Shown here one piece after another: positions 1 to 9,818 of a stretch of DNA of 64,000 bases; position 1 is the first letter of the stretch, and each line of letters opens with the position of its first letter. A model generated the notes under the pieces. That model was not told where the DNA came from. It made no database searches and worked only from the letters and a program-made list of their open reading frames with translations. The position numbers were made by a program, and so were the translations under genes. Source of the stretch: a candidate division WWE3 bacterium (GTDB taxonomy: Bacteria > Patescibacteriota > WWE3 > UBA101185 > UBA10185); assembly GCA_052035175.1 (NCBI GenBank), contig JBPOHV010000001.1:523338-587337 (forward strand), read 5' to 3'.

Positions 1-82
1 AGAACCTAAATTCGCAAGAGGAATTAAAATCTATCGATAATGAAGTTTCTTTTTCGCTGGATTAAACCAGTTCAAAATAAAC

Positions 83-175
83 AAAAGAGGCCTTAACAAG
101 TTAAGGCCTCATTAGTGTGAGCGATACAAGTATCACTCACATAGTTAATATACAAAACTCTTAGTTATTTGTCAA
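83..175 (-). ncRNA. Candidate ~60-nt small RNA with its own sigma70-type promoter (TTGACA-17-TATATT), CUUG hairpin and terminator
   Basis: Minus strand: TTGACA (175-170), 17 nt, TATATT (152-147), then GTGAGTGATA-CTTG-TATCGCTCAC, AATGA, GGCCTTAA-CTTG-TTAAGGCC plus T tract. Confidence 0.5.
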
Positions 176-204
176 CTATTTATTCATGCAGATCTGTAGA
201 AGGT

Positions 205-1578
205 TTATGGCAAAAGTTTCCGAATTTCAGATTTTGCCTTTCTTGTTTTAACAAAGCCTAACCAATCTATATTAGCATTGATTTTCTTTTGACGCTCAAT
301 CCTGACATAATCACCAGTTTTGAGTTTATGCGACAAAGAAACATAGTGATTATTAACATATCCACCACAACAATGATTTCCCATATCGGTATGAAGTTCA
401 TAAGCAAAATCGACAATACAAGCTCCAAAAGGCAATTGGACAATATCGCCTTTGGGAGTAAATACATAAATATACTTCGAGAAAGGTGTAATTACTTTTA
501 CTGTCTTAGTATCCAATGCTAACTCACCAATATTTAAATCTTTAAACCAAAAGTTGTCTTGTTTTGTATATTTTATAAACTTGTCGTATGCAGCAGACGT
601 TGTGCCTTTATCACCTAGCTTATATAACAGATGAGATGCTGGGCCGTATTCATTGTACTCGTGCATTTTATGCGTGCGTATTTGTATCTCGATATTTAAA
701 TTGTGACTTATTCTAAAGATATTATGCAACGACTGATATCCAGATTTCCTTGGAGTACTAATATAATCGTCTCTCAATTCTGGGTAATTCTGCCATATAG
801 ACTTTAAAATATCTTCGACGATATAGCATTCTTCTGTTGTATTAACAAGTATTCTAGCGGCTACTAAATCATCTGGTTTGGCGTTTCGATAACTTATTTT
901 CTTATAAATGCTGTATATACCCTTTAACCTATAATACATATCGCATTTAATGTTATTTTCTTCTAAAATCGCTTTTACAAACTGTATAACATCGTCCATT
1001 GTTATTCTCAGATAGTCTTTTTCCGTATTTATTTCGGTATTGATCTTGTGATATTGAAAGGGATCGAGAATTTTAAAGCCGTTATCTTCCAAAAGTGTAG
1101 AAAGCTTTCCTAATCCTAGCATTTTTGCCAATGGGCTATAAAAAGAAACAGCTCTAGCTGCTGTATCAATCCTTTTATCCGGCTCCAAAGCAACTGCAGT
1201 CTTTATATTATCCAACCGTTCGAACAATCTTAAAGTAAGCGCTCGCATATCATCCGAGGCGTTTATATAGGTCTGAATGGCGTAAGCTTCGTTGCTGAGC
1301 TTATTAGATTGTATATGTATCTTTTTAAATTTGTTATAGGCCTTATTGAGCTCGATAACTGTAGGTGAAAAGTTTAAATTTTTAGCATGATCTGACGTGC
1401 AATGTTCCACGTCGTGTATTAAGGCTGCATTTAAAATATCGTCTGATGTGATTTTGAAATTTACTAATGTATCGTATAACCGCAAAGAGTGGTCGTAATA
1501 AGAGTCACCATATGCACGAGGCTTATGTGCTAAGTGTTTGTGTGCGTATTTTTTGTATAAATCTATATTTTTTGGCAT
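205..1578 (-). CDS. RelA/SpoT family (p)ppGpp synthetase (HD + SYNTH + TGS, no ACT)
   Basis: IHD, RLKGIYSIYKK, SGYQSLH, EIQIRT motifs; C-terminal TGS (FTPKG, DFAY..HT). Confidence 0.9.
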   Translation of the reverse strand: MPKNIDLYKKYAHKHLAHKPRAYGDSYYDHSLRLYDTLVNFKITSDDILNAALIHDVEHCTSDHAKNLNFSPTVIELNKAYNKFKKIHIQSNKLSNEAYAIQTYINASDDMRALTLRLFERLDNIKTAVALEPDKRIDTAARAVSFYSPLAKMLGLGKLSTLLEDNGFKILDPFQYHKINTEINTEKDYLRITMDDVIQFVKAILEENNIKCDMYYRLKGIYSIYKKISYRNAKPDDLVAARILVNTTEECYIVEDILKSIWQNYPELRDDYISTPRKSGYQSLHNIFRISHNLNIEIQIRTHKMHEYNEYGPASHLLYKLGDKGTTSAAYDKFIKYTKQDNFWFKDLNIGELALDTKTVKVITPFSKYIYVFTPKGDIVQLPFGACIVDFAYELHTDMGNHCCGGYVNNHYVSLSHKLKTGDYVRIERQKKINANIDWLGFVKTRKAKSEIRKLLP

Positions 1579-1796
1579 AAAAAAACCCCGTCTTTGCGGG
1601 GTAATCAGTTTTTATTAAATTTAATACCCCAAATTCTATATACGCCTTCTTGCAAAGTTAATAATAAGTGTTTGGGACATATTTGTGCTAGTTCTAGTGG
1701 CTAGTTGTGCCATATGTACTGATTTTATGGTCTTTGCTTTATATAGTCAACATGTATTCATTCTATTTAATTCGGCAATCTGCTACCATTTATACA

Positions 1797-4364
1797 ATGG
1801 ACAATACTAGACAATTGAAACATCTTATTTACTGGATATCAGTGGGTTGCGCTGTAGAGCTATCTACATTGATGTTTAGGTTAGTCAAAGTCTTAAATGG
1901 TCAATTTGATTTTACGCTCAATTTAAGACTGCTTTTTACTCCTTTATTTGGTGATTATACTTTTATAGGCAGATTAATAGGTTTTTTTACAAGAATTGTA
2001 TTTATAATTTTTGGTTTGATCTTTGTTGGTGTTGTTTCTGTAGTAGCTTTATTATTACCTATAGTTTGGTATGTTTTACCGCTAATTTTAATAAAAGTAT
2101 TAGGGTTTTTGCTGACATTTTGTCTTTACGCAGTTATTTTCCTTATAAAGTACTTAAGTTTTAAAAATCTTCCAGCTAAAAGAATTTCTAAAGTTACTAA
2201 TCTAAGTTGTGCGCAAGCTTTTCGACCAGCGGCTTTGGACATATCAAATGGTATACAAGCCAATTATCTAAATGCTCTCGAAATGATGCATAAAAGTTCT
2301 CAAATTAAAGAATTGTTGTTATTGGCCGAATTGAGTATAGAAGATATCTTTTCAAAACTGAGAGATATGCATATTGATGTTGTAGATATACGATCAAAAG
2401 CTTATGCATACGCAACAAATAATAAGTCACGCTTTATCGAGTTAGAACATGTTTTTGTTTCATTGATATCTTGTATTCCAAATACAAATGTTTTTTTGTC
2501 TGTCTTTGGAATAAAGCTAGAAACTTTGGAAAATGCTGCTTCGTGGTTGGTCGACCAACGTGAACAATTGGCAAAAGTTTATATATGGCAGTCTGATTTT
2601 GAAATGCCTAGATCTGCCGGCTTTGGCCATGGAATGACCGGTAGAGTTACACATCACCTTGATGATATATCTGAAGATTTTACCCAAATGGCCAAAGCCG
2701 GCATGTTTAAACGAATTGTTGGTAGAGAAGATGAAATTAAAAAAGTAGCCGATCTTATGGGAGGCAAAAATATTAATATACTGCTTATGGGCGAACCTGG
2801 CAGCGGCAAAACTACTATAGTGAAAGGAATAGCGCATAAAATAGTATACGGTCTTGATTATGATACTTTGAAAAATAAGCGCATAGTAAGTGTAGAATTT
2901 AGCGGTTTATTATCCGGTGCAAAAACATCTGGTGATATTGCAGAAAAATTGCGTCTTGCTTTTGATGATATCCGCAAATCAAAAGATATTATTGTGTTTA
3001 TAGACGAAATTCATACTTTAGCGGCTGGCGTTTCAAATGACGGTTCCGGTGCTTCTAGTGTGTTTGCTATGCTTGAACCTTATCTTTCTGCAGGAGATAT
3101 TCAGTTTATTGGAGCTACCAATGTTTCAAATTATCGAAAGTTTATAGAGCCAAATGGTGCTTTTGCACGTCTTTTTGAAACTGTTGAAATACCACAATCA
3201 AGTTATCAAGACACAATAGATATTCTCAAAGTAAGCGCACACGAATATGCAGCTGAATTCAATATACATATTACATACCTTGCTCTAGAAAAGATTGTTT
3301 CGTTGAGCGAACGCCTCATTCATGAGCGTGTTTTACCAGATAAGGCCTTGGATATTTTGAATAGAAGTTGTGTTGAGGTTAGTAAAACTACAAAGTATCT
3401 AGATTCGAAAACTGTAGAAAGTGTTATAGCCGATTTTACGCACATCCCTGTAGATGCATTAGACGAAGACGAATCAAAAAAGCTTTTAGCTCTTGAAGAT
3501 GAAATGAAAAAAAGAGTAATTGGTCAAGACCATGCAATTACACAGATAGTGGCAGCTCTTAAAAGAGCCCGTTTGGGGATACGTGACGCGAATAAGCCAA
3601 TTGCAAGCTTTTTATTTGTAGGTACAACTGGCGTAGGTAAAACTGAAACAGCAAAAACTCTTAGTGAGACTTTCTTTGGTGGAGCTAATGCGATGATTCG
3701 CTTTGATATGAGCGAATATCAAACGCCAGATAGTATTAATAAACTAATAGGAAATTCTGATGGTAGCACTACAGGCATTTTGACCGATCAAGTAAGGTCC
3801 AAACCCTTTTCGTTAATATTATTAGATGAAATAGAAAAAGCCCATTCCGAAATACTTCTTACGTTTTTACAAGTTTTAGATGATGGTCGTATAACAGACT
3901 CAACTGGCAGAGTCATTGATTTTACAAATAGCATAATAATTGCAACCAGCAACACTGGTACTAGAGAAATCCAAACTGTCTTTGATAAAAACGGAACTTT
4001 TGATGAAATGCAAAATGCGGCCATGTCTAGTGTGAGAGAACATTTTGCTCCAGAGTTTTTAAATCGGTTCACAAGCATTATTGTATTCAACCCATTAAGT
4101 ATAGAAAATGTTAAAAAGATTGCTCTTTTGATGCTAAACAAGGTTAAGAAGTTGGCAGATGCAAAAAACATAACTTTAACTTTTTCAAATGACTTGTTAG
4201 ATGAAATTATAAAGCGCGGCTACAATCCTCAATGGGGTGCAAGACCTTTAGCTAGAGTTATCGAGGACACTGTCGAAACATATATAGCAGATAAACTGCT
4301 ACGCAACGAAATGAAACCCGGAGATGTCATCGAATTAACAGGGACAGTCCTAAAGAGTCCCTAA
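1797..4364 (+). CDS. ClpA/B/C-family AAA+ ATPase with N-terminal membrane segment
   Basis: Two Walker A motifs (GEPGSGKT, GTTGVGKT), FIDEIH, LLDEIEKAH, GARPL; hydrophobic N-terminus; ATG 1797 chosen over upstream GTG. Confidence 0.9.
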   Translation: MDNTRQLKHLIYWISVGCAVELSTLMFRLVKVLNGQFDFTLNLRLLFTPLFGDYTFIGRLIGFFTRIVFIIFGLIFVGVVSVVALLLPIVWYVLPLILIKVLGFLLTFCLYAVIFLIKYLSFKNLPAKRISKVTNLSCAQAFRPAALDISNGIQANYLNALEMMHKSSQIKELLLLAELSIEDIFSKLRDMHIDVVDIRSKAYAYATNNKSRFIELEHVFVSLISCIPNTNVFLSVFGIKLETLENAASWLVDQREQLAKVYIWQSDFEMPRSAGFGHGMTGRVTHHLDDISEDFTQMAKAGMFKRIVGREDEIKKVADLMGGKNINILLMGEPGSGKTTIVKGIAHKIVYGLDYDTLKNKRIVSVEFSGLLSGAKTSGDIAEKLRLAFDDIRKSKDIIVFIDEIHTLAAGVSNDGSGASSVFAMLEPYLSAGDIQFIGATNVSNYRKFIEPNGAFARLFETVEIPQSSYQDTIDILKVSAHEYAAEFNIHITYLALEKIVSLSERLIHERVLPDKALDILNRSCVEVSKTTKYLDSKTVESVIADFTHIPVDALDEDESKKLLALEDEMKKRVIGQDHAITQIVAALKRARLGIRDANKPIASFLFVGTTGVGKTETAKTLSETFFGGANAMIRFDMSEYQTPDSINKLIGNSDGSTTGILTDQVRSKPFSLILLDEIEKAHSEILLTFLQVLDDGRITDSTGRVIDFTNSIIIATSNTGTREIQTVFDKNGTFDEMQNAAMSSVREHFAPEFLNRFTSIIVFNPLSIENVKKIALLMLNKVKKLADAKNITLTFSNDLLDEIIKRGYNPQWGARPLARVIEDTVETYIADKLLRNEMKPGDVIELTGTVLKSP

Positions 4365-4548
4365 CCCAACGCTTTTCCTTTAGTAGAAGGACTTCGTTTT
4401 GTTGTATTACCAAACTATGTACCTGAGGACACTTGTTTGCACTTGGTTTAGTTTATTCTAAAAGCTTTTTTCGAAGGACAGTCCTCAAATTCCAACATTT
4501 TCATGGATAACCATTGTACCTAGAGGGTCCGTTTAGGACTGTCCCTTT
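4340..4548. repeat. Cluster of REP-like GGACWGTCC palindromes
   Basis: GGGACAGTCCT, AGGACAGTCCT and GTACCTAGAGGGTCCGTTTAGGACTGTCCCTT copies. Confidence 0.6.
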
Positions 4549-4583
4549 ATACCTTCGTGTTTTCTTCGGTGTATAATGAGCAC

Positions 4584-4826
4584 ATGTACACCAATCTGAA
4601 TGATGCAGTAGATGTAATATGCTCAGGTGCAAAGTTAACCCCGATTGGAATAATTTGGAAAACTCAAAAGTACAAAATCACAAAAATAGGTTATCACCAT
4701 ACATTTACAAATGGAAACACCTTGTATCACACATTTTCTGTTGTTTCTAACAAAATATTTTTCAAATTAGTATTTAATAGCAAAACACTTATCTGGACGT
4801 TGGAAAGTACTTATGAAGAACTTTAA
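4584..4826 (+). CDS. Small conserved hypothetical protein coupled to dinB
   Basis: ORF overlaps the dinB start; TATAAT 6 nt before ATG. Confidence 0.7.
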   Translation: MYTNLNDAVDVICSGAKLTPIGIIWKTQKYKITKIGYHHTFTNGNTLYHTFSVVSNKIFFKLVFNSKTLIWTLESTYEEL

Positions 4827-6039
4827 TCAGGCAATTCCAAGAAAAATGCATATCGATATAAATTCGTGTTTTGCTACGATCGAGCAACAAGCAAATCCTC
4901 TTTTACGAGATCGGCCTATAGCAGTAGCTGCAAGAAATTACTCTTACGGTACAATTGTAGCTTCTTCTTATGAAGCTAAAAAACTTGGTATTAAAGTAGG
5001 TACAAAAGTTAACGAAGCCAAAAAGCTTTGCCCTAAAATAGTAATAGTCGAACCAGATCCTGCTAAATACCGTGATGTACATATAAAAATCAAAGCTTTA
5101 TTAGGTAGGTATACTGATAAAGTAATTCCAAAGTCTATTGACGAATTTGTTTTAGACTTTTCTCATAAATCATTTGATAAGCTTGATCTTTTTGAAATTG
5201 GTAAGCAAGTAAAAGCTGATATACGGGCAAAAGTAGGCGAATATATTAGTGTATCTATCGGTATTGGGACAAATAGGTTCTTGGCAAAGACAGCGTCAAA
5301 TCTTAAAAAGCCTGATGGATTAGAATTTATCGACCATACAAATGCTACAAGTGTATATCAAAAACTGTCACTTATTGATTTACACGGGATAAACAAAGGA
5401 TTTGCTTCACGTTTGGCTGGAATAGGTATATTTAATGCATACGACTTTTTGTTGGCAAGTCCACAAGCTTTGAACTCAGCTTTCAGGTCTATAAATTCTT
5501 ATCAATGGTATTTGCGCTTACGCGGATGGGAAACCGACGAATCAGATTATTCTAGAAAAAGTTTTAGTAATTCTTATGTTTTACCAAAATCAACTAAAGA
5601 TATTACTGAGATATCTGCAATATTGATGAAGTTAGTTTTCAACACAACTCAACGACTGCGCGCTCATAAATTTAGAGCAAAAGGTATCCATTTGGGAATT
5701 TTGTTTGGAGATAAGTCTTATTGGCATAAAGGTACTATTTTGACATCCGATTTATCTGACACTAGTGCTCTGTATAAAGTGTTTTTTAGATTAATGTACG
5801 CATGCCCTGATATACATACAAAACCAGTCAAACAGATTTCTGAGGCATGTTTTTATCTAACACCGGCGAGCACATTACAATTGGAGTTGTTTCAAAATAA
5901 ACCAAAGCAAGAAAATATTACAAAAGCTATGGATAGTATAAATAATACTTGGGGAGATTTTACACTTGTACCTGCGAGAATGGTACATACCAAAGATCAC
6001 GCCAAAGATACTATCGCATTTGGTAACGTACGAGCATAA
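4813..6039 (+). CDS. dinB: Y-family DNA polymerase IV
   Basis: HIDINSCFA, SYEAK, SIDEF, LAKTAS..KPDG motifs. Confidence 0.9.
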   Translation: MKNFNQAIPRKMHIDINSCFATIEQQANPLLRDRPIAVAARNYSYGTIVASSYEAKKLGIKVGTKVNEAKKLCPKIVIVEPDPAKYRDVHIKIKALLGRYTDKVIPKSIDEFVLDFSHKSFDKLDLFEIGKQVKADIRAKVGEYISVSIGIGTNRFLAKTASNLKKPDGLEFIDHTNATSVYQKLSLIDLHGINKGFASRLAGIGIFNAYDFLLASPQALNSAFRSINSYQWYLRLRGWETDESDYSRKSFSNSYVLPKSTKDITEISAILMKLVFNTTQRLRAHKFRAKGIHLGILFGDKSYWHKGTILTSDLSDTSALYKVFFRLMYACPDIHTKPVKQISEACFYLTPASTLQLELFQNKPKQENITKAMDSINNTWGDFTLVPARMVHTKDHAKDTIAFGNVRA

Positions 6040-6563
6040 GCTACTAAGTCTTTGCAAAAATACATTCCGTGGACGCCTGGTTCTCGTTCGTCTTCGATAG
6101 TTTTATAAAGAGTAAAATCAAACTTTTGCCAAAGTCTCAAAGACGCTGCATTAGTCGACCATGTCGTAAGACTTACTTTTTCAGAGTTTTGTTCAACCAA
6201 TTCTGTCAAAACTTCATTTACTAATCTTGTACCTACACCTTTACGCCATGTATTTGGAGATACCATTATGCAAACAAAGTAAGCTCCGTCAAAAGGTTCG
6301 AAATAGCCAAAACCAGCCGCGAAACCAATAATTGAGTTATCGTCTGGATCAACCGCTACAAAAGCAAATGGCAATTTGGGTTCAAAAGCTTTACCATACT
6401 TTTTCTGTATATAATCTGGGTTGTTACCGGTAGCGTAGTTGTAATAACCTTCCAATGAGGTACGCGAGTCTAATGGAGGGACAAAATAATTGCCAACGTC
6501 TTGAAACAATTTTATGATGCCTTCTTTATCTTGATCAACTATTTTTCTAACAAGCATAAGCAC
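5997..6563 (-). CDS. GNAT N-acetyltransferase
   Basis: V.P..RKGVGTRL acetyl-CoA motif; N.AS..LWQKFDF. Confidence 0.85.
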   Translation of the reverse strand: MLMLVRKIVDQDKEGIIKLFQDVGNYFVPPLDSRTSLEGYYNYATGNNPDYIQKKYGKAFEPKLPFAFVAVDPDDNSIIGFAAGFGYFEPFDGAYFVCIMVSPNTWRKGVGTRLVNEVLTELVEQNSEKVSLTTWSTNAASLRLWQKFDFTLYKTIEDEREPGVHGMYFCKDLVAYARTLPNAIVSLA

Positions 6564-6628
6564 CTTTATACATAATATTTTCTGTAAGTTCCATATTTCT
6601 TTCCTCCAAATATTATAGTATACTATTC

Positions 6629-7282
6629 GTGTTATCTACAGAGGCAGTGGAAACAATGAAACAGACAGAAACATATATTAAAACCGCATATTTCGTGGCA
6701 TCAGTACAAGGAAAAGAAAATTGGGATTCCCAGTATCAATTAATTGCAAATATTCTAGCCAAACTAAAGTGTGATGTGAGCACTACAATGCTCGAACTTA
6801 CCCAAAAAGATATCGAAAAAATGAATGATGAGCAGTTCAAATCGCATTTACTAGATAGTCAAAGGTATATCAAAGATAATGACATATTTATTGCAGAAGT
6901 TAGCAGCTCAAGTTCTCATGTGGGTTATGAAGTAGGCTATGCAGTAGCACACGCAAAACCAGTTTTGCTCTTGAGACACGATACTGCATCTCATCACACA
7001 GCACCAGCTTTCAGAGGTAATCCATCAAAACTGGTGACTCTTTCTATGTACAATGAAAAAAATCTAGAAAGCAAAATCAAAGCATTTTTGCGAAAAGCAG
7101 AAAAAGGTATTTTTGTAAAAAGACTTCCAATCGAATTCACTCAAGGACAAGTCGAATACGTGCAATATCGTCAAGGTATTGGTGCACGTAAATCTTTTAA
7201 CGCTACAATAAGACAACTCATCGAAGAAGCCATGGCCAAAGACAAAGTTTATAAAGACTTCAGAACTCTAGAAGAAGAGTAA
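6629..7282 (+). CDS. Nucleoside 2-deoxyribosyltransferase-like protein with possible C-terminal ribbon-helix-helix
   Basis: DIFIAEVS..S..VGYEVGYA...KPVLLL signature. Confidence 0.65.
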   Translation: MLSTEAVETMKQTETYIKTAYFVASVQGKENWDSQYQLIANILAKLKCDVSTTMLELTQKDIEKMNDEQFKSHLLDSQRYIKDNDIFIAEVSSSSSHVGYEVGYAVAHAKPVLLLRHDTASHHTAPAFRGNPSKLVTLSMYNEKNLESKIKAFLRKAEKGIFVKRLPIEFTQGQVEYVQYRQGIGARKSFNATIRQLIEEAMAKDKVYKDFRTLEEE

Positions 7283-7300
7283 TCCTTTTTTACATTTGAA

Positions 7301-7369
7301 TGCATTAGCTTAGTTCTCGCAGCGCAGGATGATATGCAGCCGTCCAAGCGAGAAAACTTAGATAATGCA
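7301..7369 (+). repeat. Long hairpin with AGGATGATATGCAGCCGTCC apex (copy 1)
   Basis: TGCATTA/TAATGCA and TTCTCGC/GCGAGAA stems; 20-nt apex identical to 9846-9865. Confidence 0.7.
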
Positions 7370-7384
7370 GAACACAACATGAAT

Positions 7385-8149
7385 CTATAATTTAGTTAAT
7401 ATTTCATAACCTTCTTTAGTCACCAAAACAGTATGTTCAACTTGAACAAAATCAGATTTATCTAAAGTTTCTGTTTCCCAATAACCCTTGTGCTTGAGCC
7501 TATAACTACCTTCAGTAATCAAGGGTTCTATACATACAGTCATACCTGTGTGAAGTGTTGGACCTTGCTTTATATTGCCATAACAAGGAATAGTAGGGTC
7601 CTCATGCATTTCTTTGCCAATACCATGCCCTGCATAATCGCGTAAGACTCCATAACCCGCTGACTCTGCGATAGTTTGCATAGTATTTGAAAGTAATCCA
7701 ACTTTGACACCATCTTTGATTTCAGAAATAGTCGACATTAGAGCTTGCTCAGCAACTTGTATCAATTTCTTCCGTTTTGCAGAAATCTCACCAATAGGAA
7801 CCACAATTGCGCTATCTAAATAAAAACCTTTGTAATTTATAACTGTATCCAATTTCAAGATATCTCCAGATTTCAGTTTTATTTTTTTTGTGGGGAAATT
7901 GTGTAATGCTTGATTATTGACGCCTACACATAATCCAGCAGGGTATGGAGGATAACCATAAGGAGCATAACCTTTACATGCGGGCTTTACTCCAAAGTCT
8001 TTGCACAAATTCAAAAACATCACCTCTAAATCCCAAGTGGTTAGTCCAACTTCAGCCTTTTGGCTTAAGATCTGATATATTTGTGCTAGTATTTTGCCCC
8101 CCAAGCGCATTTCTGCGATTTCGGTAGGTGTTTTGATTAGTGAGGTCAT
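7385..8149 (-). CDS. map: Methionine aminopeptidase type I
   Basis: GDILKLD, DSA, GHGIG..MHEDP, IEP, EHTVLVT. Confidence 0.95.
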   Translation of the reverse strand: MTSLIKTPTEIAEMRLGGKILAQIYQILSQKAEVGLTTWDLEVMFLNLCKDFGVKPACKGYAPYGYPPYPAGLCVGVNNQALHNFPTKKIKLKSGDILKLDTVINYKGFYLDSAIVVPIGEISAKRKKLIQVAEQALMSTISEIKDGVKVGLLSNTMQTIAESAGYGVLRDYAGHGIGKEMHEDPTIPCYGNIKQGPTLHTGMTVCIEPLITEGSYRLKHKGYWETETLDKSDFVQVEHTVLVTKEGYEILTKL

Positions 8150-8176
8150 TTAGATATATAGTAACATTTAGTTGAA

Positions 8177-8737
8177 ATGATTGATAAATCTCAATTAACC
8201 AAGGTTAGTACTGGTACGTATGCTAATGTTTTTGTAAACAGTACACTTACGTACATCTTAAAAGAATATAGCTTAAACATAGATGTGAATAGCACTATGA
8301 AATTACTTGAAGACTACCTTTTGGCAAAAAATTTATTTAATCGACTTAACAGCAGTGCTTTTCAGATACCGCAAACTTATAATTTCTGTATTAAGTCAAA
8401 CCCTGTTGCTACAACACTATCACTTATAGAAGATTACTGTGGTACCAACATAAGAACTCTGTATAAGCAAAACCAGCTGAAATATCAAGAAAAAACTGAA
8501 AATATAAAAAAACTGATTATGCAATTGCCGGAGAATATGCCGATTGAAACTCACCCTGGAAATATCTGTGTTTTTAGGGATTCATACTACATAGTAGATT
8601 TTTTTCCCCCTTTCCCACACTTTGGTTTTTATGCTTTTGAAAATAGCTTTTATGAAGAGGCAAGACTCCTAAGAAAACTTTCACGATATTACAATAATAA
8701 CTTGCGGGTACAGAAGTTTGAATTCTATCTAAACTAA
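8177..8737 (+). CDS. Hypothetical protein with kinase-like motifs
   Basis: STGTYANV..ILKEY, ETHPGNI, IVDF resemble a protein-kinase-like fold. Confidence 0.45.
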   Translation: MIDKSQLTKVSTGTYANVFVNSTLTYILKEYSLNIDVNSTMKLLEDYLLAKNLFNRLNSSAFQIPQTYNFCIKSNPVATTLSLIEDYCGTNIRTLYKQNQLKYQEKTENIKKLIMQLPENMPIETHPGNICVFRDSYYIVDFFPPFPHFGFYAFENSFYEEARLLRKLSRYYNNNLRVQKFEFYLN

Positions 8738-8804
8738 TTCCTATAGCCTTTATATGACTGTTCTTATACATTTAGACTTTTTAGTATTAATCTTTAACCT
8801 GCTA

Positions 8805-8886
8805 GGTTCGTTTAGGTCTGTCCCTTTTAACCTATGTAAAAGTACGCTATTTGCAGTCAACTAAATAAAAACAAAGGACAGTCCCT
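8805..8886. repeat. REP-like GGWCWGTCC pair
   Basis: GGTTCGTTTAGGTCTGTCCCTT and AAAGGACAGTCCCT in inverted arrangement. Confidence 0.55.
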
Positions 8887-8910
8887 ATCTAAACCTGTAT
8901 AATTTTGCTA

Positions 8911-9627
8911 ATGCAACTGTCTGTCGATGAACTCAAAAAACAAAAAGAACAGCTTATACACACACTTCAAACAAACTACCCAGAAGTATGCGCGTGGTTG
9001 GTAGATAATAAGTACGATCTCAATGATTTCAAAAAGCACACTATGTCATTGGCGGCTGCATTTGTTATAGCAGCTGGTGTAACTTCTACTTATCAAGTAA
9101 AAGAGTTTGGTGAATTACGCAAAGCTCAAGCGACAGTTTATAACGATAAGAAACTGAAAGAAGAACATATCGATAATCTCAAAGCCGAATATACTAGTGC
9201 TGAGGATCTTAAAGCTATAAATGTAATCGAAAACTATGGCGACTATATAAATGCCACTGCACAAAAATATGAACTAGACCCCAAAGTTATATTTGCTACT
9301 ATCATGGTCGAGTCGATGGGAAATCCCAAAGCGATACGCTATGAACCACAAATCAATGATGCAAGCTATGGATTAGGGCAAATACTTTATTCAACTGCCA
9401 AATATATCGGGTTTCAAGGCAGTACAGATCAGCTCTATGACCCTCAAACTAACATTGATCTTATTGGTAAATACCACAAAAGAACTTTGGATACTTATGG
9501 ACACGATTTATCAGATGAAAGCTTGGCAATTGCATATAATTCAGGAAATCCTTATGGTAAAGCAATTCCTGGTCATGTACAAAAATTTGATAAATGGCTA
9601 CAAAAAGCCGAGGAGTATAAATTATGA
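8911..9627 (+). CDS. SLT-family lytic transglycosylase
   Basis: ATIMVES.GNP.A, SYGLGQI, LYDPQTNI, AYNSG. Confidence 0.88.
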   Translation: MQLSVDELKKQKEQLIHTLQTNYPEVCAWLVDNKYDLNDFKKHTMSLAAAFVIAAGVTSTYQVKEFGELRKAQATVYNDKKLKEEHIDNLKAEYTSAEDLKAINVIENYGDYINATAQKYELDPKVIFATIMVESMGNPKAIRYEPQINDASYGLGQILYSTAKYIGFQGSTDQLYDPQTNIDLIGKYHKRTLDTYGHDLSDESLAIAYNSGNPYGKAIPGHVQKFDKWLQKAEEYKL

Positions 9628-9782
9628 TAGAAACTATAAATCCTGAAGTAATAACAACTCCTGCAGAAGCGTATAACGAAGTAATTGGGCTTGAAAGTTT
9701 ATTGGGATTATTAAATACTGCAAAAGCTCAAAAAGTGCCTACGAATCAAATGATTCAAATGGTCCAAGATATAATTAGTTAG
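9624..9782 (+). CDS. 52-aa hypothetical protein (not in ORF track)
   Basis: MIETINPEVITTPAEAYNEVIGLESLLGLLNTAKAQKVPTNQMIQMVQDIIS; ATGA overlap with slt stop; AGGAG upstream. Confidence 0.55.
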   Translation: MIETINPEVITTPAEAYNEVIGLESLLGLLNTAKAQKVPTNQMIQMVQDIIS

Positions 9783-9818
9783 CTTTGCAGAGATCTTAAT
9801 TTTTGCAGCGCATGTTAG

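Noticed and set aside
1579-1645. Fluoride riboswitch (CTGATTACCCC resembles CTGATGACTCC)
   Set aside because: The 5' GGCGATGG..TTCGCC element is missing and the downstream gene is unrelated
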